Below, one piece after another: positions 54,556 through 63,678 of a stretch of DNA of 64,000 nt. The notes below the pieces were generated by a model. The model was not told where the DNA came from. It made no database searches and saw only the letters and a program-made list of their open reading frames with translations. The translations under genes and the position numbers were made by a program. The stretch covers positions 1,345,893 to 1,409,892 of the forward strand of contig OZ244955.1 in the NCBI GenBank assembly GCA_965222525.1. Reading direction: 5' to 3'. Position 1 is the stretch's first letter, and every line of letters begins with the position of its first letter. The DNA is from Rickettsiales bacterium. GTDB lineage: Bacteria; Pseudomonadota; Alphaproteobacteria; Rickettsiales; UBA8987.

Positions 54556-55828
54556 CGCTTGTCTGTTTTACGGGCAGGATTTCCAGATATTGCTCCAGTT
54601 CCGCAAGGTAATTCTCCAGCGCTCCGGATTTGCTTTCAATAAGCTCCAGAGCGGTATTGGCAAGCTGTTCCTGTTTCTCGGGATCACCAAATAATTCAAG
54701 CACCGTATCAGCCAGATTTTCACCGTCACTTACCCGCAGGAAAGCCTGCTCACTTTCCATTTCATCATATATACGTCTGAAATTGGCAGTATGTGGGCCG
54801 GAGACAATGGCACATTCCAGACGTGCAGCCTCAAGCGGATTCTGCCCACCATGTTCAACCAGCGAACCGCCGACGAATACAATCCCCGAAAGCCGGTAGA
54901 AAATCCCCAGCTCACCTATAGTATCGGCAACGTAAACTTGGGTTTCTTCCGTTATTTCCTGTCCTTCCGAGCGCAGCGCCGGGTTTTCCTCACTGAAGAC
55001 TGCCTTAATTTCCTCCCCACGCTCAGGATGGCGAGGGATAATAATAGTCAGGATATTATCATATTTTTCACGCAATTTACGATGTATTCCGGCAATTATC
55101 TCCTCCTCACCGGGATGAGTGCTGGCCGCTACCCATATCGGACGCTCGCCAATCATACTAACCAGCTTGCCGGTTTCCTTCGGATCGGCAGGTAGGGCAG
55201 GGGCGTCAAATTTTAAATTACCGACAAACCTGGCATTCGGAGCACCGATTTTGGTAAGGCGCTCGGCATCCTCCTCGCTCTGCGACAGTGACAGCGAAAA
55301 ACAGGACATCATATTTTCGCCAAGGCTTTTATAACGCTGCCATTTTTCATATGACGGAATCGAAATCCGTGCATTAAGCTGAATCATCCGACAGCCGGTT
55401 TTCTCGGTTTCAATCACCAGGTTCGGCCATAATTCCGACTCCACCCAAAAGGCAATATCCGGCCTCCAGTGGTCAAGAAAGCGCTGTACCGTAATCAGCT
55501 TGTCAATGGGGACATACTGGTGGATGCACTTCTCCGGCAACCGGCTTTCCATAAGCTTTGCCGAAGTAACCGTACCGGTGGTTATCAGGACGTTAACCTC
55601 ATATTTTTCAAGCAACACCTCAACCAGCGGTAGAACCGACATAACCTCGCCGATACTTGCCGCATGCACCCATACCAGCTTGCCATCCGGCCTTGGAAAT
55701 CCAGGCTTACCCAGCCTTTCCGAAAAACGTTTAGGATCCTCTTTACCGGTCTTCTTGCGGAATATAAGATACAGGTCGATAAACGGCCCGGCAATAAACG
55801 ACAATGTACGGTATAGTTTTAGGAGCAT
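54542..55828 (-). CDS. waaA: 3-deoxy-D-manno-octulosonic acid (Kdo) transferase
   Basis: 'VWVHAASIGE', 'PRHPERG' and 'VGGSLV.HGGQNPLEAA'. Confidence 0.92.
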   Translation of the reverse strand: MLLKLYRTLSFIAGPFIDLYLIFRKKTGKEDPKRFSERLGKPGFPRPDGKLVWVHAASIGEVMSVLPLVEVLLEKYEVNVLITTGTVTSAKLMESRLPEKCIHQYVPIDKLITVQRFLDHWRPDIAFWVESELWPNLVIETEKTGCRMIQLNARISIPSYEKWQRYKSLGENMMSCFSLSLSQSEEDAERLTKIGAPNARFVGNLKFDAPALPADPKETGKLVSMIGERPIWVAASTHPGEEEIIAGIHRKLREKYDNILTIIIPRHPERGEEIKAVFSEENPALRSEGQEITEETQVYVADTIGELGIFYRLSGIVFVGGSLVEHGGQNPLEAARLECAIVSGPHTANFRRIYDEMESEQAFLRVSDGENLADTVLELFGDPEKQEQLANTALELIESKSGALENYLAELEQYLEILPVKQTSDEDS

Positions 55829-55898
55829 ATTTAGTAGCTAGTAACTTGTGCCTAGATATACCTGTTTATGCTGTTATCCGAAAGGAATTTTTCTTTAT

Positions 55899-56351
55899 TT
55901 ATATTTTTTTAACTTCTGCCTTCCTGTTTCCCTTTGAATTACCATAAGAAAATGTAATTTCGATTATACGGCCTTTCCTTTGTGCTATATCTTTTATAAT
56001 ATTTTCAGCAATTTCCGGCCATTCTATCAACATAACCGCCTGTCCGACTGCATCCTCAATACCAAGTTCAATTATCTCCCCGGCATGTTTCAGCCGGTAT
56101 AAATCAAGGTGGTATATATCAAATTTATCAGTATGATAGGTCTGCAAGAGGGTGAATGTAGGGCTCGGTACTTCCGTATCAAGAAAATGATTGATAAAAG
56201 CCCGTGAAAATACGGTCTTCCCGGCTCCCAGCTCTCCTTTTAACAGAAAAATATCACCAGCCCGCGTTTGCCCAGCCATTTCCCGTGCCAATTCACAGGT
56301 AGCCTCTTCATTTTCAAGCGTTGTTACTTTTTTCGACATATTTGCAGCCAT
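55899..56351 (-). CDS. tsaE: tRNA threonylcarbamoyladenosine biosynthesis ATPase TsaE
   Basis: 'LKGELGAGKTVFSRAF', 'SPTFTL' and 'HLDLYRL'. The start is uncertain because the ORF overlaps the tatC 3' end. Confidence 0.88.
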   Translation of the reverse strand: MAANMSKKVTTLENEEATCELAREMAGQTRAGDIFLLKGELGAGKTVFSRAFINHFLDTEVPSPTFTLLQTYHTDKFDIYHLDLYRLKHAGEIIELGIEDAVGQAVMLIEWPEIAENIIKDIAQRKGRIIEITFSYGNSKGNRKAEVKKI

Positions 56352-57093
56352 AAATTGAAAGCTCGTATAATAATAACAGGGGGATTGCTAAACCAATCTG
56401 GCTTATAACATCAGGAGGGGTAATCACCGCAGCCAGCGTAACTATCCCGACCAGCGCATACTTCCATTTCTTCCGCAAGCCTTTTGACGTGGCGAAACCC
56501 GCCCGTGCCAGTAACATAATCACTACCGGTAATTGAAAAGCCAGCCCGAATGCAATAATCAGCCGCATCACCAGTGCCAGATATTCACTAACCCTTGCTT
56601 CAAGCTGAATTGGCAACCCATCCGGATTTGCCGGCATTTCAAACCCGAGGAAAAACTGCCATGCCAGCGGGAATATAAAATAATAGGCCATTGCAGCACC
56701 GAGGAAAAACAACACAGGAGCAGCCAGCAAAAACGGCAGCAACACCCCGCGCTCATTCTTGTATAATCCGGGTGCAACAAACGCATATACCTGCCAGGCA
56801 ATTATCGGGAAAGCCAGGATAAATGCCATATAGAGCGATAATTTCATATATGTGAAGAAAGCCTCGGCCAGACCGGTGAATATCAGCCGCCGTCCTTCCG
56901 CTCCTCCGTAGGCCTCAGCCAGCGGTGCCACCAGAAACTGGTATATATCCCCTGCAAACGCAAAGCTGATAAAAAACGCAGCCAGAACCGCCACAACCGA
57001 CCACACCAGCCTCGTACGCAACTCCCGCAGATGCTCTATAATCTGTACATTTTCCTGTCCTATATTTACCACTTTTTGTTCATTGCCACTCAT
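56314..57093 (-). CDS. tatC: Twin-arginine translocase subunit TatC
   Basis: 'IIEHLRELRTRL', six TM segments and 'AAVITPPDVISQ'. Confidence 0.92.
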   Translation of the reverse strand: MSGNEQKVVNIGQENVQIIEHLRELRTRLVWSVVAVLAAFFISFAFAGDIYQFLVAPLAEAYGGAEGRRLIFTGLAEAFFTYMKLSLYMAFILAFPIIAWQVYAFVAPGLYKNERGVLLPFLLAAPVLFFLGAAMAYYFIFPLAWQFFLGFEMPANPDGLPIQLEARVSEYLALVMRLIIAFGLAFQLPVVIMLLARAGFATSKGLRKKWKYALVGIVTLAAVITPPDVISQIGLAIPLLLLYELSIYGCKYVEKSNNA

Positions 57094-57207
57094 GCCATGC
57101 TTGTATCATGTCCTATTGACGATTGTCTACTTTCCGTTATGTACGGAATTAATTGAAAAAACACTAGTAATGGACTTTGATAAAATTCTATCATAGTATT
57201 GTTCAAG

Positions 57208-59394
57208 ATGACTGCACAGCAAGTTACAATTACACCCGAGATCGTCTCCAGCCATGGGCTGGCGGGGGAGGAATATGAGAAGATTCTTGCCATACTTGGC
57301 CGTGAGCCAAATCTGGTGGAGTTGGGAATATTCTCGGTGATGTGGAGTGAGCATTGCTCCTATAAATCCACCCGCAAGCATATTAAGAAACTGCCCACCA
57401 GGGGGGAATGTGTGATTTGCGGGCCGGGTGAGAATGCCGGTGTGGTGGATATCGGCGACGGGCAGGCGGTTGTGTTCAAGATGGAGAGTCACAACCATCC
57501 TTCTTTCATCGAGCCATATCAGGGGGCTGCAACCGGAGTTGGCGGAATTCTGCGGGATATATTCACTATGGGCGCACGGCCGGTGGCCAATCTTAACGCA
57601 CTGCGGTTCGGCGAGCTTAGCCATCCCAAAACGAAGCATCTACTGGAGGGGGTTGTTGCCGGAATTGGTGGATATGGCAATTGTGTGGGGATTCCCACGG
57701 TTGGTGGCGAGTGCAATTTCGACCCGTCATATAATGGTAATATACTGGTAAATGCAATGTCGGTGGGGATTGCCGACAGGGACAGGATATTTTATTCGGC
57801 CGCTTCGGGTGTTGGTAATGCCATTATATATGCCGGCTCCAAAACCGGCAGGGACGGCATCCATGGCGCTACCATGGCATCGGCGGAATTCGATGATGAA
57901 TCGGAGGCAAAACGACCTACGGTACAGGTTGGCGATCCTTTCACTGAAAAGCGGGTAATGGAGGCCTGTCTTGAGCTTATGCAACAGGATGCGATTGAGG
58001 CGATTCAGGATATGGGGGCGGCAGGATTGACCTGTTCTTCGCTGGAAATGGCGGACAAGGGTGGTACCGGCGTTGAGCTTGACCTTGACAAGGTGCCGGT
58101 GCGTGAAAGCGGAATGACGCCATATGAGATTATGCTGTCCGAAAGCCAGGAGCGGATGCTGATGGTTATCAAGCCGGGCAGGGAGGCCGCAGCGCAGGCA
58201 ATTTTCGATAAATGGGAGGTGGATTCGGCCATTGTCGGGCAGATTACTGACACCGGCAGGCTGGTAGTAAAAATGGGCGGGCAGGTGGTTGCAGAACTGC
58301 CTGTATCCCCGCTTTCCGATGAAGCTCCTGTATATGACCGGCCGTGGAAGCCGACGCCCAAACATGATGAGGTTGCATTTGAGGGTACGGCCGATGCACA
58401 GGAAATGTTCGATATATTGCAGAAGCTGCTGGCAACCCCCGATTTATGCAGCAAAAAATGGATATGGCAGCAATATGATTACATGGTTATGGGCGATACG
58501 GTGGCACGTCCGGGCGGGGATGCGGCGGTTGTGCGCGTGCATGGGGCGGAGAAAGGGCTGGCGCTGACTTCCGACTGCACCCCCCGCTACTGCTACGCTG
58601 ACCCTGTGGAAGGCGGCAGGCAGGCTGTGGCTGAGGCATGGCGTAATTTAACGGCGGTCGGGGCGACTCCGCTGGCGATAACCAACTGCCTGAATTTCGG
58701 CAATCCTGAACGGCCGGAGATTATGGGGCAGATTGTCGGCTGTCTGAAAGGAATGACTGAAGCCTGTGAGGCGCTGAATTTCCCAGTGGTTTCGGGCAAT
58801 GCCTCACTTTATAACGAAACTAACGGCAAGGGGATATATCCGACCCCGACTATCGGCGGTGTCGGGATGCTTGAGGATTACCGCAAACGGGTGGATATTG
58901 CATTCAAGGCAGAGGGTGAGACGATTATCCGTATTGGCGATATGCAGGGGCATATCGGCGCATCGCTCTATGCAAGGGAGTTTCTGGATAATATCGAGGG
59001 TGCACCTCCTCCGGTTGATCTGGACATGGAAAAGAAAAACGGTGATTTTGTACGCTGGATGATAAATGAAGGCTGGGTTACCGCCTGTCATGATATTTCC
59101 GATGGCGGACAACTGGTTGCAATTGCTGAAATGGCTATGGCCGGCGGGATTGGCGCTACGCTTGATGTGGCGAATGATATTGCCCGTGCATTCGGCGAGG
59201 ACCAGGGACGGTATATAGTAACCGCCACCCATGAGATGGCCGAACGTATATTACAGAAAGCTCCCGAAGAAGATGTATTCGCCTCCACCATAGGCGAAAC
59301 CGGCGGTGATTCACTGGTAATCGACGACACCGCAATAAAACTCACCACCCTGAAAGCCGCTCATGAAAATACATTGCCAAGTCTGATGGGATGA
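57208..59394 (+). CDS. purL: Phosphoribosylformylglycinamidine synthase subunit PurL
   Basis: 'SEHCSYKS', '[24 protein letters not shown]' and '[10 protein letters not shown]'. The start is at ATG 57208. Confidence 0.95.
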   Translation: MTAQQVTITPEIVSSHGLAGEEYEKILAILGREPNLVELGIFSVMWSEHCSYKSTRKHIKKLPTRGECVICGPGENAGVVDIGDGQAVVFKMESHNHPSFIEPYQGAATGVGGILRDIFTMGARPVANLNALRFGELSHPKTKHLLEGVVAGIGGYGNCVGIPTVGGECNFDPSYNGNILVNAMSVGIADRDRIFYSAASGVGNAIIYAGSKTGRDGIHGATMASAEFDDESEAKRPTVQVGDPFTEKRVMEACLELMQQDAIEAIQDMGAAGLTCSSLEMADKGGTGVELDLDKVPVRESGMTPYEIMLSESQERMLMVIKPGREAAAQAIFDKWEVDSAIVGQITDTGRLVVKMGGQVVAELPVSPLSDEAPVYDRPWKPTPKHDEVAFEGTADAQEMFDILQKLLATPDLCSKKWIWQQYDYMVMGDTVARPGGDAAVVRVHGAEKGLALTSDCTPRYCYADPVEGGRQAVAEAWRNLTAVGATPLAITNCLNFGNPERPEIMGQIVGCLKGMTEACEALNFPVVSGNASLYNETNGKGIYPTPTIGGVGMLEDYRKRVDIAFKAEGETIIRIGDMQGHIGASLYAREFLDNIEGAPPPVDLDMEKKNGDFVRWMINEGWVTACHDISDGGQLVAIAEMAMAGGIGATLDVANDIARAFGEDQGRYIVTATHEMAERILQKAPEEDVFASTIGETGGDSLVIDDTAIKLTTLKAAHENTLPSLMG

Positions 59395-59403
59395 TTGTCG
59401 CTA

Positions 59404-60384
59404 CTACTTTTGATTTGCCTGATATAGTTGAAAAAAATCGGTAACGGTGATTTTAACTTCATCCGGATTGGTGAGGCGCATGACGTTATTGCGGAATTCG
59501 GCGGAGTTGGGAAGGCCATGGCTGTACCAGCCCAGGTGTTTGCGTGCCATACGCACACCGCCTTCCACACCATAATATGACAGCATATCATCATAGTGGT
59601 CCAGCACTATATCCAGCCGTTCATGCACAGAAGGAGTAGCCGGAACTTTCCCGCCACTAACATAGGCGCTGGCATGGCTGATGAACCATGGCTTGCCATA
59701 GCATCCGCGGCCAACCATTACACCATCCGCACCGGACGCCGCAAGACAACGGTCAATATCCTCAAATTCAATAATATCACCATTGGCTATCACCGGAATG
59801 TCAACCGCCTGCTTGACCTTGCGGATAAATTCCCAGTTGGCCTTGCCTTTATATAACTGACAGCGGGTACGGCCATGAATCGTAATCATTTGTATGCCGA
59901 TATCCTCGGCAATTTTCGCCAGTTTCGGTGCATTGAGATTATCATAATCCCAACCCATGCGCATTTTAAGTGTAACCGGCAGTTTTACCGCCTTGACCAC
60001 TGCTTCCAATACCGCCGCAGCCTTCACCTCATCGCGCATCATCGCCGAGCCTGCATAACCATTCACCACCTTCTTGACAGGACAGCCGAAATTTATATCA
60101 ATCATCGCCGCACCGCGATCCTCATTCAACCGTGCCGCTTCGGCCATTACATCCGGCTCACATCCGGCAATCTGCACCGCCATCGGGTATTCCTCGGCAT
60201 CGTTACTGGCCTTGCGCAGTGACTCACGGGTTTGCATTATCATCGCACGGCTGGCTATCATTTCCGATACCACAAGAGGTGCGCCAAAACTCTTTACCAG
60301 CTTGCGGAACGGACGGTCAGTCACCCCCGACATCGGTGCGAGGATTACATTACCTTCCAGTTTTATATTGCCGATTCGTATCAT
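59404..60384 (-). CDS. tRNA-dihydrouridine synthase (DusB/NifR3-like)
   Basis: 'LAPMSGVTDRPFR', 'IDINFGCP' and 'ITIHGRTR'. Confidence 0.9.
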   Translation of the reverse strand: MIRIGNIKLEGNVILAPMSGVTDRPFRKLVKSFGAPLVVSEMIASRAMIMQTRESLRKASNDAEEYPMAVQIAGCEPDVMAEAARLNEDRGAAMIDINFGCPVKKVVNGYAGSAMMRDEVKAAAVLEAVVKAVKLPVTLKMRMGWDYDNLNAPKLAKIAEDIGIQMITIHGRTRCQLYKGKANWEFIRKVKQAVDIPVIANGDIIEFEDIDRCLAASGADGVMVGRGCYGKPWFISHASAYVSGGKVPATPSVHERLDIVLDHYDDMLSYYGVEGGVRMARKHLGWYSHGLPNSAEFRNNVMRLTNPDEVKITVTDFFQLYQANQK

Positions 60385-60405
60385 CTTGTAAGTACTTGTC
60401 CCTTG

Positions 60406-60563
60406 TCACCCCGGACGCATATTTTCTCGAAATCTGTTGATTTCGTACAGAAAATAGCGTTCTCGGGGTTATTTACATAATCACGTGCTGCTGCATATAA
60501 CCCCGAGAGTGGTGTTTTCTTACCAAATCGCAGATTTGGAGAAAACATACCATCCAGGGTGAC
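60406..60563. repeat. Family B element, copy 3
   Basis: The conserved modules match copy 1, and the two hairpin tips differ (CGAAATC..GATTTCG and CCAAATC..GATTTGG). Confidence 0.9.
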
Positions 60564-60670
60564 AACAACAAACGCTATCATGCAGGAATATCAGTATTTT
60601 TCAATATAAAACCCGCCTTCTACACTATCCGGTGAAGATTTACCTTTACCTTTTGGTATTGTTGTATTTT

Positions 60671-60819
60671 ACTAGGTGGTATGCGCTTTTCTACTATCAT
60701 GGCCTGCAAATAACGGTTTTCTGCGCTTCCGTTGCTCACGTACCCTTAAGTACGCTCCGCTACGGTTCTCGAAAACAGTTATTTTCGGCTCATGCTAGCG
60801 AAAAGTGCATACCACCTAG
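60671..60819. repeat. Family D palindromic element, copy 1
   Basis: Termini CTAGGTGGTATGCGCTTTTC / GAAAAGTGCATACCACCTAG. The core is shared with 11465-11624. Confidence 0.8.
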
Positions 60820-60825
60820 CATCAG

Positions 60826-60892
60826 AAAATGGAAACTGGAAAGTAGAAGCTAGAAAAGCTCCAGATTCCAGTTTCCATTTTCCAGTTTCCAA
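60826..60892. repeat. Heptamer-periodic hairpin (family H)
   Basis: Perfect 16-bp stem AAAATGGAAACTGGAA (60826-60841) / TTCCAGTTTCCATTTT (60866-60881), followed by a further CCAGTTTCCAA. Confidence 0.85.
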
Positions 60893-60910
60893 CCAACAGG
60901 AGTACAGATT

Positions 60911-61210
60911 ATGAAAAGTTTAGGGCTTGCAACAACAATCGCGATAGTGATTTATGTTATACTGCTGGTATTTGCGCCGGATGTACTGGCACAACCATTT
61001 TATACTTTATTCGGTGTAACCGACCTGCCGGTAATGGACGGCAAGGCGGATGTTATGGCGAAATTCACCGCACCTGAGGCCGTCGGCGGCAAGGGTATGG
61101 ATGAAGGTACGGCCAAGGCTATCTATTATACGGTTCCTTTTCTTATAGTATGGGGGCTGTCATTCCTGATAGCAATGGTTGTCAGGCCTATGCTTGGTAA
61201 GAAGGGTTAG
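60911..61210 (+). CDS. Hypothetical small exported/membrane protein
   Basis: CAGGAG lies 8 nt upstream. Signal-like 'LATTIAIVIYVILLVFAPDVLAQ' and a C-terminal TM segment 'VPFLIVWGLSFLIAMVV'. Confidence 0.6.
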   Translation: MKSLGLATTIAIVIYVILLVFAPDVLAQPFYTLFGVTDLPVMDGKADVMAKFTAPEAVGGKGMDEGTAKAIYYTVPFLIVWGLSFLIAMVVRPMLGKKG

Positions 61211-61329
61211 GTTTATTATAAGTAAAACTGGTGTCATTCCTCATCGTGGGCTTCCTGTGAAAGCCTCTGGTCGTTATACATCTAGCGTCTGGAATGACAT
61301 CAGTTCCGACTACGAAGGAGTCGCCCATA

Positions 61330-62040
61330 ATGTCCCGTTATTTTCTTGTAATTTTAGTCGTTATTTCCATTAGCGCATGCGGTTCCGATCCGACTGCACA
61401 GTTCTGCTTCCAGAATGGCTATCAGGAAGGAAGCCCCGGATTTGAGCAATGCCGTTACCGCTATAACAGTCAAAAGAAATATTACAGCTATTGCAGTCGC
61501 AATCAGGGGCTTATACTGGAAAATAGTAATGATTTCCAGCAATGCCTGGCTGAAGCGCCGCACGCAATTGCACATCTGGAAGAAGAGCGCAGGGTTCGTG
61601 CGGAAGAACGGCGGATTGAACAGCAGATGCGTGCAGAGGCGGAAAGGCAGGAAAGAATCCGACGAGAGGCCGAACGTAAGCAATATGTCGGCAGCCTGTA
61701 TGCAAATGCACATCCGGGTGACATGCTGAATTGTACTGTAAGCGGTGGTTTCTTTGACTATAATAAATGGAGGGAGTATAGTCCGGTAAGCTTCATTATA
61801 TTACGCGGGGAATATGACAAGGAGGTGACTTTCATAAGCACCTACAAGAATAACAAGGAAACCTTGCGTGTTTCATTCTCCGATGAAGGTGAGGATATGG
61901 AATTTTGCCCATATAACGGAAGGTGCGGAGGTGTATACGGTATCAGGAGCAAATATGGCAACAGACCGGAATTCACTGCCAGTCTTGAGATTAATAAAAA
62001 GCTTAAGCATGCGAAACTGCATTGTAAGAAACTGAACTAG
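61330..62040 (+). CDS. Hypothetical lipoprotein with a Cys-rich N-domain and an Arg/Glu coiled-coil segment
   Basis: GAAGGAG lies upstream of ATG 61330. Lipobox 'VISISAC'. Also '[35 protein letters not shown]'. Confidence 0.65.
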   Translation: MSRYFLVILVVISISACGSDPTAQFCFQNGYQEGSPGFEQCRYRYNSQKKYYSYCSRNQGLILENSNDFQQCLAEAPHAIAHLEEERRVRAEERRIEQQMRAEAERQERIRREAERKQYVGSLYANAHPGDMLNCTVSGGFFDYNKWREYSPVSFIILRGEYDKEVTFISTYKNNKETLRVSFSDEGEDMEFCPYNGRCGGVYGIRSKYGNRPEFTASLEINKKLKHAKLHCKKLN

Positions 62041-62048
62041 ACTATTTT

Positions 62049-63050
62049 ATGGAACAGACTGTAAGAGTAGCTTTGCGGGATGCGATGGCGGAGGAGATGC
62101 GCCGCGACGGTGATGTGTTCGTCATGGGCGAGGAAGTGGCGGAATATCAGGGGGCGTACAAGGTTACCGAAGGGCTGCTTGAGGAATTCGGCGACAAGCG
62201 GGTAGTCGATACGCCTATAACCGAGCATGGTTTTGCCGGGCTTGGTGTCGGTGCGGCTTTTACAGGTCTGAAGCCGATTGTGGAGTTTATGACCTGGAAT
62301 TTTGCGATGCAGGCAATCGACCAGATTATCAATTCCGCTGCGAAGACCAATTACATGTCGGGCGGGCAGGTGCGCTGCCCGATTGTATTCCGTGGGCCGA
62401 ACGGTGCAGCGGCGAGGGTAGCTGCCCAGCATTCGCAATGCTATGCCAGTTGGTACGCGCATGTGCCTGGGCTGAAGGTGATTGCACCATATTCTGCTTC
62501 CGACTGCAAGGGGTTGCTGAAGGCGGCCATCCGTGACCCGAATCCGGTGGTGTTTCTGGAGAATGAGATAACTTATGGCCATAAATTCGAGGTTCCCGAT
62601 GAGGCGGAATTCAATAGCGGGGATTATCTGGTGCCGATTGGCAAGGCAGCAGTTTTGCGTGAGGGGACGGACGTGACCATTACCGCATTTTCGATACAGG
62701 TCGGTTATGCGCTGGAGGCGGCGGAGGTACTGGCAAAGAAAGGGATTTCTGCGGAAGTTATTGATTTACGCACATTGCGCCCGCTGGATAAGCAGACGGT
62801 TATAGACTCGGTCCGCAAGACGCACAGGCTGGTAGCGGTTGAGGAGGGCTGGCCGTTTGCCGGAGTAGCTGCGGAGATATCGGCGATGATTATGGAGGAG
62901 GCTTTCGACGAGCTGGACGCACCGGTTGCCCGTGTCACCGGCAAGGATGTCCCCCTTCCATATGCCGCCAATCTGGAAAAACTCGCCCTGCCGCAGGTAG
63001 AGGATATAATTGAATCAGCGGAGCGTGTTTGTTTCAGGGAGGAAGGATGA
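62049..63050 (+). CDS. pdhB: Pyruvate dehydrogenase E1 component, beta subunit
   Basis: 'VREALRDAM.EEM..D..VF.MGEEV..Y.GAYKV' type N-terminus and 'DTPITE.GF.G'; 333 aa. Confidence 0.93.
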   Translation: MEQTVRVALRDAMAEEMRRDGDVFVMGEEVAEYQGAYKVTEGLLEEFGDKRVVDTPITEHGFAGLGVGAAFTGLKPIVEFMTWNFAMQAIDQIINSAAKTNYMSGGQVRCPIVFRGPNGAAARVAAQHSQCYASWYAHVPGLKVIAPYSASDCKGLLKAAIRDPNPVVFLENEITYGHKFEVPDEAEFNSGDYLVPIGKAAVLREGTDVTITAFSIQVGYALEAAEVLAKKGISAEVIDLRTLRPLDKQTVIDSVRKTHRLVAVEEGWPFAGVAAEISAMIMEEAFDELDAPVARVTGKDVPLPYAANLEKLALPQVEDIIESAERVCFREEG

Positions 63051-63328
63051 CCCAATTAACACCCGAACAGCGGGAAGAAATACTGAAAATCGCCGGAAAA
63101 TACGGCGTTACCAATATCCGTGTATTCGGCTCCTACGCCCGTGGCGATGCCGATGAAAACAGTGACCTTGATTTACTGATTGATATGGAGCGTCCCGGAC
63201 TGTCCAAACTTGTTGGATTTAAACTGGATGCTGAAGAAGTAATACATAAACCGGTAGATGTGGTTAAAGAGACAGGGTTACACTGGTATATAAAAGACCG
63301 TGTAATTAATGAAGCACGCCCTTTATGA
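63047..63328 (+). CDS. mntA: MNT-type nucleotidyltransferase antitoxin (HepT/MNT type VII TA system)
   Basis: '[22 protein letters not shown]' is the minimal nucleotidyltransferase motif (GS..RG..x..SD.DLL). The ATG overlaps the pdhB stop (ATGA), and GGGAGGAAGG lies upstream. Confidence 0.85.
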   Translation: MTQLTPEQREEILKIAGKYGVTNIRVFGSYARGDADENSDLDLLIDMERPGLSKLVGFKLDAEEVIHKPVDVVKETGLHWYIKDRVINEARPL

Positions 63329-63678
63329 ACAAGGACCCAAAATTATATCTTGGCCATATACTGGACGAAATTGAAATGATAAGTCAATTTGTCAGTGGTG
63401 GAAAAGATGTATTTATGGAAGATTCAATGGTTTATTATGCCGTTCTACGTAGCTTGCAAACTTTGTCCGAATCAACCCAGAAAATTCCCGATAGCATTAA
63501 AACCGAGAATCCGCATATAGAATGGAGAGAAATTTCAGGTTTTCGTAATGTACTTGTTCATGATTATCTTGAAGGGTATGATAGGGCAGATATATGGGAT
63601 GTAGTTGAAAACGACCTGCCCAGATTGAAAAACGTTATTAGAAAATACATACCAGACTGGAAACTAAGGGATGAGTAA
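63325..63678 (+). CDS. hepT: HepT (DUF86, HEPN-domain) toxin
   Basis: 'FRNVLVHDY' is the HEPN Rx4HxY motif. It overlaps mntA by 4 nt (ATGA). 117 aa. Confidence 0.85.
   Translation: MNKDPKLYLGHILDEIEMISQFVSGGKDVFMEDSMVYYAVLRSLQTLSESTQKIPDSIKTENPHIEWREISGFRNVLVHDYLEGYDRADIWDVVENDLPRLKNVIRKYIPDWKLRDE

Noticed and set aside
60911-61210. The 99-aa exported protein considered as a VirB2/TrbC-type conjugative pilin
   Set aside because: After the signal peptide there is only one hydrophobic segment, whereas those pilins typically have two. There are no type IV secretion genes nearby and no recognisable motif.
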